Below are positions 43,001 through 53,235 of a stretch of 64,000 bases of DNA, in pieces. This DNA is from Heterodontus francisci. Taxonomy: Eukaryota. The notes below the pieces were generated by a model. That model was not told the origin of the DNA and searched no databases. It was given only the letters and a program-made list of their open reading frames with translations. A program made the position numbers and the translations under genes. Where the stretch lies: positions 117,661,593-117,725,592 of the forward strand of contig NC_090378.1 of the NCBI RefSeq assembly GCF_036365525.1. The letters run 5' to 3'. Numbering within the stretch: position 1 is the first letter of the stretch; each line of letters starts with the position of its first letter.

Positions 43001-46000
43001 CTGTGTATCCATTATTATATATTATATATAACTGTGGGATATCTCAGTATAGGAGGTGGGACTGTGTGTCCATAATTATATCTTATATATAACTGTGGGA
43101 TCTGTCAGTGCAGGAGGTGGGACTGTGTGTCCATAATTATATATTATATATAACTGTGGGACGTGTCAGTGCAGGAGGTGGGACTGTGTGTCCATAATTA
43201 TATATTATATATAACTGTGGGACGTGTCAGTACAGGAGGTGGGACTGTGTATCCATTATTATATATTATATATAACTGTGGGATATGTCAGTATAGGAGG
43301 TGGGACTGTGTGTCCATTATTATATATTATATATAACTGTGGGATGTGTCAGTACAGGAGCTGGGACTGTGTGTTCATTATTATATATTACATATAACTG
43401 TGGGATGTGTCAGTACAGGAGCTGGGACTGTGTGTTCATTATTATAGATTATATATAACTGTGGGATGTCTCAGTGCGGGAGGTGGGACTGTGTGTCCAA
43501 TATGATATATTATATATAACTGTGGGATGTGTCAGTGCAGGAGGTGGGACTGTGTGTCCATTATTATATATTATATATAACTGTGGGATGTGTCAGTACA
43601 GTAGGTGGGACTGTGAGTCAATTATTATATATCATATATAACTGTGGGATGTGTCAGTGCGGGAGGTGGGACTGTGTGTCTATTATTATATATTATATAT
43701 AACTGTCGGTTGTGTCAGTACAGGCGGTGGGACTGTGTGTCCATTATAATATTATTTATAACTGTGGGACGTGTCAGTACAGGAGGTGGGACTGTGTGTC
43801 CATTATTATATATTATATATAAATGTGGAATATGTCCGTATCGGAGGTGGGACTGTGTGTCCATTATTGTATATGACATATGACTGTGAGATGTGTCAGT
43901 ACAGGAGGTGGGACTCTGTGTCCATTATTATATATTATATATAACTGTGGGATGTGTCAGTACAGGAGGTGGGACTGTGTGTCCATGATAAGATTATATA
44001 TAACTGTGGGATGTGTCAGTACAGGAGGTGGGACTGTTTGTCCATTATTATATATTATATATAATTGTGGGATATGTCAGTACAGGAGGTGGGACTGTGT
44101 GTCCATTATTATATATTATATATAACTGTGTGATGTGTCAGTACAGGAGGTGGGACTGTGTGCCCATTATTATATATTATATATAACTGTGGAACGTGTC
44201 AGTCGAGGAGGTGGGACTGTGTGTCCATTAATATATATTATAGAGAACAGTGGGATGAGTCAGTACAGGAGGTGGGACTGTGTGTCCAATATTATATATT
44301 ATATATAACTGTGGGATGTGTCAGTGCAGGTGGTGGGACCGTGTGTCCATTATTATATATTGTATATAACTGTGGGATGTGTCAGTAGAGGAGGTGGGAC
44401 TGTGTGTCCATTATTATATATTATATGTAACTGTGGGATGTGTCAGTGCGGGAGGTGGGACTGTGTGTCCAATATTATATATTACATATAACTGTGGGAT
44501 GTGTCAGTGCGGGAGGTGGGACCATGTGTCCATTATTATCTATTATATATAACTGTGGGATGTGTCAGTGCGGGAGGTGGGACCATGTGTCCATTATTAT
44601 ATATAATATATAACTGTGGGTTGTGTCAGTAGAGGAGGTGGGACTGTGAGTCCATTATTATATATTATATATAACTGTGGGATGTGTCAGTGCAGGAGGT
44701 GGCAATGTGTGTCCCTTATTATATATTATATACAACTGTGGGATGTGTCAGTGCGGGAGGTGGGACTGTTGTCCATTATTATATATTATATATAACTGTG
44801 GGATGTGTCAGTACAGGAGCTGGGACTGTGTGTCCATTATTATATTTTATATATAAAGCTGTGGAACGTGTCAGTGCAGGAGGTGGAACCATGTGTCCAT
44901 TATTATATATTATATATAACTGTGGGATGTGTCAGTGCAGGAGGTGGGACGGTGTGTCCATAATTATATATTATATATAACTGTGGGATGTGTCAGTACA
45001 GGAGGTGGGACTGTGTATCCATTATTATATATTATATATAACTGTGGGATGTGTCAGTGCAGGAGGTGGGACTGTGTGTCCATTATTATATATTATATAT
45101 AACTGTGGGATGTGTCAGTGCAGGAGGTGGGACTGTGTCTCCATTATTATATATTATATATAAATGTGGGATGTGTCAGTACAGGAGGTGGGACTGTTTA
45201 TCCATTATTATATATTATATATAACTGTGGGATGTGTCAGTGCAGGAGGTGGGACTGTGTCTCCATTATTATATATTATATATAACTGTGGGATGTGTCA
45301 GTGCGGGAGGTGGGACTGTGTGTCCATTATTATATATTATATATAACTGTGGGATGTGTCAGTACAGGAGGTGGGACTGTGTGTTCATTATGATATATTA
45401 TATATAACTGTGGGACGTGTCAGTGCAGGGCTTGGGACTGTGTATCCATTATTATATATTATATATAACTGTGGGATGTGTCAGTACAGGAGGTGGGACT
45501 GTGTGTCCATTATTATATATTATATATAACTGTGGGACGTGTCAGTGCAGGGGTTGGGACTGTGTATCCATTATTATATATTATATATAACTGTGGGATG
45601 TGTCAGTACAGGAGGTGGGACTGTGTGTCCATTATTATATATTAAATATAACTGTGGGACGTGTCAGTGCAGGGGTTGGGACTGTGTATCCATTATTATA
45701 TATTATATATAACTGTGGGATGTGTCAGTACAGGAGGTGGGACTGTGTATCCATTATTATATATTATATATAACTGTGGGATGTGTCAGTGCAGGAGGTG
45801 GGACTGTGTCTCCATTATTATATATTATATATAACTGTGGGATGTGTCAGTGCGGGAGGTGGGACTGTGTGTCCATTATTATATATTATATATAACTGTG
45901 GGATGTGTCAGTACAGGAGGTGGGACTGTGTGTTCATTATGATATATTATATATAACTGTGGGACGTGTCAGTGCAGGGCTTGGGACTGTGTATCCATTA

Positions 46001-49000
46001 TTATATATTATATATCACTGTGGGATGTGTCAGTACAGGAGGTGGGACTGTGTGTCCATTATTATATATTATATATAACTGTGGGACGTGTCAGTGCAGG
46101 GGTTGGGACTGTGTGTTCATTATTATATATTATATATAACTGTGGGACGTGTCAGTGCAGGGGTTGGGACTGTGTATCCATTATTATATATTATATATAA
46201 CTGTGGGACGTGTCAGTGCAGGGGTTGGGACTGTGTGTTCATTATTATATATTATATATAACTGTGGGCCGTGTCAGTACAGGAGGTGGGACTGTGTGTC
46301 CATTATTATATATTATATATAACTGTGGGATGCGTCAGGACAGGAGGTGGGACTGTGTGTTCATTATTATATATTATATATAACTGTGGGCCGTGTCAGT
46401 ACAGGAGGTGGGACTGTGTGTCCATTATTATATATTATATATAACTGTGGGATGCGTCAGTATAGGAGGTGGGACTGTGCGTCCATTTTTATATATTATA
46501 TATAACTGTGGGATGCGTCAGTACAGGAGGTGGGACTGTGTGTTCATTATTATATATTATATATAACTGTGGGACGTGTCAGTGCAGGGGTTGGGACTGT
46601 GTGTTCATTATTATATATTATATATAACTGTGGGCCGTGTCAGTACAGGAGGTGGGACTGTGTGTCCATTATTATATATTATATATAACTGTGGGATGCG
46701 TCAGGACAGGAGGTGGGACTGTGTGTTCATTATTATATATTATATATAACTGTGGGCCGTGTCAGTACAGGAGGTGGGACTGTGTGTCCATTATTATATA
46801 TTATATATAACTGTGGGATGCGTCAGTATAGGAGGTGGGACTGTGCGTCCATTATTATATATTATATATAACTGTGGGATGCGTCAGTACAGGAGGTGGG
46901 ACTGTGTGTTCATTATTATATATTATATATAACTGTGGGCCGTGTCAGTACAGGAGGTGGGACTGTGTATCCATTATTATATATTATATATAACTGTGGG
47001 CCGTGTCAGTGCTGGAGGTGGGACTGTGTGTCCATTATTATATATTATATATAACTGTGGGCCGTGTCAGTACAGGAGGTGGGACTGTGTATCCATTATT
47101 ATATATTATATATAACTGTGGGATGTGTCAGTACAGGAGGTGGGACTGTGTGTCCATTATTATATATTATATATAACTGTGGGATGTGTCAGTACAGGAG
47201 GTGGGACTGTGTGTCCATTATTATATATTATATATAACTGTGGGCCGTGTCAGTGCTGGAGGTGGGACTGTGTGTCCATTATTATATATTATATATAACT
47301 GTGGGATGCGTCAGTACAGGAGGTGGGACTGTGTGTCCATTATTATATATTGTATATAACTGTGGGATGCGTCAGTACAGGAGGTGGGACTGTGTGTCCA
47401 TTATTATATATTATATATAACTGTGGGCCGTGTCAGTGCTGGAGGTGGGACTGTGTGTCCATTATTATATATTATATATAACTGTGGGATGTGTCAGTAC
47501 AGGAGGTGGGACTGTGTGTCCATTATTATATATTATATATAACTGTGGGATGTGTCAGTGCGGGAGGTGGGACTGTGTGTCCAATATTATATATTACATA
47601 TAACTGTGGGATGTGTCAGTGCGGGAGGTGGGACCATGTGTCCATTATTATCTATTATATATAACTGTGGGATGTGTCAGTGCGGGAGGTGGGACCATGT
47701 GTCCATTATTATATATAATATATAACTGTGGGTTGTGTCAGTAGAGGAGGTGGGACTGTGAGTCCATTATTATATATTATATATAACTGTGGGATGTGTC
47801 AGTGCAGGAGGTGGCAATGTGTGTCCCTTATTATATATTATATACAACTGTGGGATGTGTCAGTGCGGGAGGTGGGACTGTTGTCCATTATTATATATTA
47901 TATATAACTGTGGGATGTGTCAGTACAGGAGCTGGGACTGTGTGTCCATTATTATATTTTATATATAAAGCTGTGGAACGTGTCAGTGCAGGAGGTGGAA
48001 CCATGTGTCCATTATTATATATTATATATAACTGTGGGATGTGTCAGTGCAGGAGGTGGGACGGTGTGTCCATAATTATATATTATATATAACTGTGGGA
48101 TGTGTCAGTACAGGAGGTGGGACTGTGTATCCATTATTATATATTATATATAACTGTGGGATGTGTCAGTGCAGGAGGTGGGACTGTGTGTCCATTATTA
48201 TATATTATATATAACTGTGGGATGTGTCAGTGCAGGAGGTGGGACTGTGTCTCCATTATTATATATTATATATAAATGTGGGATGTGTCAGTACAGGAGG
48301 TGGGACTGTGTATCCATTATTATATATTATATATAACTGTGGGATGTGTCAGTGCAGGAGGTGGGACTGTGTCTCCATTATTATATATTATATATAACTG
48401 TGGGATGTGTCAGTGCGGGAGGTGGGACTGTGTGTCCATTATTATATATTATATATAACTGTGGGATGTGTCAGTACAGGAGGTGGGACTGTGTGTTCAT
48501 TATGATATATTATATATAACTGTGGGACGTGTCAGTGCAGGGCTTGGGACTGTGTATCCATTATTATATATTATATATAACTGTGGGATGTGTCAGTACA
48601 GGAGGTGGGACTGTGTGTCCATTATTATATATTATATATAACTGTGGGACGTGTCAGTGCAGGGGTTGGGACTGTGTATCCATTATTATATATTATATAT
48701 AACTGTGGGATGTGTCAGTACAGGAGGTGGGACTGTGTGTCCATTATTATATATTAAATATAACTGTGGGACGTGTCAGTGCAGGGGTTGGGACTGTGTA
48801 TCCATTATTATATATTATATATAACTGTGGGATGTGTCAGTACAGGAGGTGGGACTGTGTATCCATTATTATATATTATATATAACTGTGGGATGTGTCA
48901 GTGCAGGAGGTGGGACTGTGTCTCCATTATTATATATTATATATAACTGTGGGATGTGTCAGTGCGGGAGGTGGGACTGTGTGTCCATTATTATATATTA

Positions 49001-52000
49001 TATATAACTGTGGGATGTGTCAGTACAGGAGGTGGGACTGTGTGTTCATTATGATATATTATATATAACTGTGGGACGTGTCAGTGCAGGGCTTGGGACT
49101 GTGTATCCATTATTATATATTATATATCACTGTGGGATGTGTCAGTACAGGAGGTGGGACTGTGTGTCCATTATTATATATTATATATAACTGTGGGACG
49201 TGTCAGTGCAGGGGTTGGGACTGTGTGTTCATTATTATATATTATATATAACTGTGGGACGTGTCAGTGCAGGGGTTGGGACTGTGTATCCATTATTATA
49301 TATTATATATAACTGTGGGACGTGTCAGTGCAGGGGTTGGGTCTGTGTGTTCATTATTATATATTATATATAACTGTGGGCCGTGTCAGTACAGGAGGTG
49401 GGACTGTGTGTCCATTATTATATATTATATATAACTGTGGGATGCGTCAGGACAGGAGGTGGGACTGTGTGTTCATTATTATATATTATATATAACTGTG
49501 GGCCGTGTCAGTACAGGAGGTGGGACTGTGTGTCCATTATTATATATTATATATAACTGTGGGATGCGTCAGTATAGGAGGTGGGACTGTGCGTCCATTT
49601 TTATATATTATTTATAACTGTGGGATGCGTCAGTACAGGAGGTGGGACTGTGTGTTCATTATTATATATTATATATAACTGTGGGACGTGTCAGTGCAGG
49701 GGTTGGGACTGTGTGTTCATTATTATATATTATATATAACTGTGGGCCGTGTCAGTACAGGAGGTGGGACTGTGTGTCCATTATTATATATTATATATAA
49801 CTGTGGGATGCGTCAGGACAGGAGGTGGGACTGTGTGTTCATTATTATATATTATATATAACTGTGGGCCGTGTCAGTACAGGAGGTGGGACTGTGTGTC
49901 CATTATTATATATTATATATAACTGTGGGATGCGTCAGTATAGGAGGTGGGACTGTGCGTCCATTATTATATATTATATATAACTGTGGGATGCGTCAGT
50001 ACAGGAGGTGGGACTGTGTGTTCATTATTATATATTATATATAACTGTGGGCCGTGTCAGTACAGGAGGTGGGACTGTGTATCCATTATTATATATTATA
50101 TATAACTGTGGGCCGTGTCAGTGCTGGAGGTGGGACTGTGTGTCCATTATTATATATTATATATAACTGTGGGCCGTGTCAGTACAGGAGGTGGGACTGT
50201 GTATCCATTATTATATATTATATATAACTGTGGGATGTGTCAGTACAGGAGGTGGGACTGTGTGTCCATTATTATATATTATATATAACTGTGTGATGTG
50301 TCAGTACAGGAGGTGGGACTGTGTGTCCATTATTATATATTATATATAACTGTGGGCCGTGTCAGTGCTGGAGGTGGGACTGTGTGTCCATTATTATATA
50401 TTATATATAACTGTGGGATGCGTCAGTACAGGAGGTGGGACTGTGTGTCCATTATTATATATTGTATATAACTGTGGGATGCGTCAGTACAGGAGGTGGG
50501 ACTGTGTGTCCATTATTATATATTATATATAACTGTGGGCCGTGTCAGTGCTGGAGGTGGGACTGTGTGTCCATTATTATATATTATATATAACTGTGGG
50601 ATGTGTCAGTACAGGAGGTGGGACTGTGTGTCCATTATTATATATTATATATTACTGTGGGATGCGTCAGTACAGGAGGTGGGACTGTGTGTCCATTATT
50701 ATATATTATATATAACTGTGGGATGCGTCAGTACAGGAGGTGGGACTGTGTGTCCATTATTATATATTATATATAACTGTGGGATGTGTCAGTGCGGGAG
50801 GTGGGACTGTGTGTCCATTATTATATATTATATATAACTGTGGGATGTGTCAGTACAGGAGGTGGGACTGTGTGTTCATTATGATATATTATATATAACT
50901 GTGGGACATGTCAGTGCAGGGCTTGGGACTGTGTATCCATTATTATATATTATATATAACTGTGGGACGTGTCAGTGCAGGGGTTGGGACTGTGTGTTCA
51001 TTATTATATATTATATATAACTGTGGGCCGTGTCAGTACAGGAGGTGGGAATGTGTGTCCATTATTATATATTATATATAACTGTGGGATGCGTCAGTAC
51101 AGGAGGTGGGACTGTGTGTTCATTATTATATATTATATATAACTGTGGGCCATGTCAGTACAGGAGGTGGGACTGTGTGTCCATTATTATATATTATATA
51201 TAACTGTGGGATGCGTCAGTATAGGAGGTGGGACTGTGCGTCCATTATTATATATTATATATAACTGTGGGATGCGTCAGTACAGGAGGTGGGACTGTGT
51301 GTTCATTATTATATATTATATATAACTGTGGGCCGTGTCAGTACAGGAGGTGGGACTGTGTATCCATTATTATATATTATATATAACTGTGGGATGTGTC
51401 AGTACAGGAGGTGGGACTGTGTGTCCATTATTATATATTAGATATAACTGTGGGATGTGTCAGTGCTGGAGGTGGGACTGTGTGTCCATTATTATATATT
51501 ATATATAACTGTGGGATGTGTCAGTGCTGGAGGTGGGACTGTGTGTCCATTATTATATATTAGATATAACTGTGGGCCGTGTCAGTGCTGGAGGTGGGAC
51601 TGTGTGTCCATTATTATATATTATATATAACTGTGGGATGTGTCAGTCGAGGAGGTGGGACTGTGTGTCCATTATTATATATTATATATAACTGTGGGAT
51701 GCGTCAGTACAGGAGGTGGGACTGTGTGTTCATTATTATATATTATATATAACTGTGGGCCATGTCAGTACAGGAGGTGGGACTGTGTGTCCATTATTAT
51801 ATATTATATATAACTGTGGGATGCGTCAGTATAGGAGGTGGGACTGTGCGTCCATTATTATATATTATATATAACTGTGGGATGCGTCAGTACAGGAGGT
51901 GGGACTGTGTGTTCATTATTATATATTATATATAACTGTGGGCCGTGTCAGTACAGGAGGTGGGACTGTGTATCCATTATTATATATTATATATAACTGT

Positions 52001-52522
52001 GGGATGTGTCAGTACAGGAGGTGGGACTGTGTGTCCATTATTATATATTAGATATAACTGTGGGATGTGTCAGTGCTGGAGGTGGGACTGTGTGTCCATT
52101 ATTATATATTATATATAACTGTGGGATGTGTCAGTGCTGGAGGTGGGACTGTGTGTCCATTATTATATATTAGATATAACTGTGGGCCGTGTCAGTGCTG
52201 GAGGTGGGACTGTGTGTCCATTATTATATATTATATATAACTGTGGGATGTGTCAGTGCTGGAGGTGGGACTGTGTGTCCATTATTATATATTATATATA
52301 ACTGTGGGCCGTGTCAGTGCTGGAGGTGGGACTGTGTGTCCATTATTATATATTATATATAACTGTGGGATGTGTCAGTACAGGAGGTGGGACTGTGTGT
52401 CCATTATTATATATTATATATAACTGTGGGATGTGTCAGTACAGGAGGTGGGACTGTGTGTCCATTATTATATATTATTTATAACTGTGGGATGTGTCAG
52501 TACAGGAGGCGGGACTGTGTGT
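4073..52522. repeat. About 48.4-kb tandem array of a 61-bp unit (~790 copies) in the V-J interval
   Basis: Consensus AACTGTGGGATGTGTCAGT(A/G)C(A/G)GGAGGTGGGACTGTGTGTCCATTATTATATATTATATAT, uninterrupted and head-to-tail, with occasional 59-60-bp units. Copy number is length divided by 61. Confidence 0.99.
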
Positions 52523-52527
52523 ATTGA

Positions 52528-52555
52528 GGTTTTTGTGCGGCTCTGTCTCACTGTG
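52528..52555 (-). promoter_or_regulatory. V recombination signal sequence, 12-bp spacer, perfect consensus
   Basis: Minus strand CACAGTG (52555-52549), 12-bp spacer AGACAGAGCCGC, nonamer ACAAAAACC (52536-52528). V-12/J-23 is the kappa-type configuration. Confidence 0.98.
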
Positions 52556-52856
52556 TAGGGGCTGCTGCTATATTGCTGACAGTAATAATCTGCGACATCC
52601 TCATTCTGTACATTACTGATTGTCAGAGTGAATTTGGTGTTCTGTTGACTGCCGGTGAATCGTTCGGATATTCCTGTGTATCGATTTGTTGCATAATAGA
52701 TCAGGAGAGTGGGTTTCTGACCGTCTCGCTGCTGATACCAAGCTACATCATTGCTAACGGACTGGCTGGCCGTGCAGGTGATCGTTGCGGTCTGTCCCAG
52801 TGTCACTGACAGTGCCGGTGGAGACTGGGTCATGATGATGGTGTCTCCACTGATAC
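52556..52856 (-). CDS. IGKV: Immunoglobulin light chain (kappa/type III, shark NS4-like) V exon
   Basis: Acceptor ...CCCCTCAG|GT ATC AGT GGA. Open frame [100 protein letters not shown] has both Cys, WYQQ, LLIY and DxADYYC, and ends at the RSS heptamer. Confidence 0.97.
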
Positions 52857-53042
52857 CTGAGGGGTAATAGAGAAACAGAGTGAAGTAAGAACTGTCACAG
52901 AAAGACCCTGTAAAATGAGATATTATTAGAGACAGTGACCGCTCCTCTTGTTTCATCATTTTCTCTCCAATCACAAGTCAGTAGAATTGGACTGAAATAA
53001 ACAGCAGGAAAATATTAACCGTGGAAGGAGAGAGATTTGTAC
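52857..53042 (-). other. Leader-V intron (186 bp, phase 1)
   Basis: GT..AG boundaries; splicing rebuilds G|GT (Gly) in frame. Confidence 0.92.
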
Positions 53043-53091
53043 CTGCGACGCAGAATGCCAGAGGCCAGATCAGCTGGATGGGTGAAATCAT
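53043..53091 (-). CDS. IGKV: Ig light chain leader exon
   Basis: ACC ATG start context; encodes MISPIQLIWPLAFCVA(G), 49 nt, followed by a GT donor. Hydrophobic signal peptide in frame with the V exon. Confidence 0.94.
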
Positions 53092-53150
53092 GGTGTCTGC
53101 TCCTGTCTCTGTGCCTGGTTACTGATAAACTCTCCCTTCACTGGGCTCTG

Positions 53151-53160
53151 CTTTATAAAG
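53151..53160 (-). promoter_or_regulatory. TATA box of the V promoter
   Basis: CTTTATAAAG (contains TATAAA) about 60 bp upstream of the ATG. Confidence 0.75.
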
Positions 53161-53197
53161 CTGCAGCCTGTGAGAGTCTGACTGCCTGTTTCTCAGT

Positions 53198-53205
53198 ATG
53201 TAAAT
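53198..53205 (-). promoter_or_regulatory. Octamer variant ATTTACAT of the V promoter
   Basis: 7/8 match to ATTTGCAT in light-chain orientation, about 40 bp upstream of TATA and 107 bp upstream of the ATG. Confidence 0.7.
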
Positions 53206-53235
53206 GGTATCACCCAGAGAAAGGCACGTCAGCAA

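Noticed and set aside
4711-50837. Dozens of 60-156 aa Cys/Tyr/Ile-rich ORFs
   Set aside because: They are translations of the 61-bp unit cycling through three frames, mostly with non-ATG starts and recurrent TAA stops.
4073-52522. CRISPR-like array (61-bp period with constant and variable parts)
   Set aside because: The variable part is only point variants of one sequence, not unique spacers; there are no cas genes and the context is vertebrate.
4073-52522. 12-spacer RSSs or D segments in the array that could pair with the J 23-RSS
   Set aside because: No CAC-starting heptamer in the unit has a credible nonamer at 12 bp (CACAGTC gives CTGACACAT, CACAGTT gives TAATAATGG).
4073-52522. Class-switch (S) region
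   Set aside because: It lies between V and J of a light-chain locus, the consensus lacks AGCT, and the G-rich strand is the template strand for Ig-sense transcription.
52468-52974. 168-aa ORF as a single-exon gene or germline-joined VJ
   Set aside because: Its N-terminus is intron and its C-terminus reads through the RSS into the satellite. The real gene is leader plus V exon, and no J is fused.
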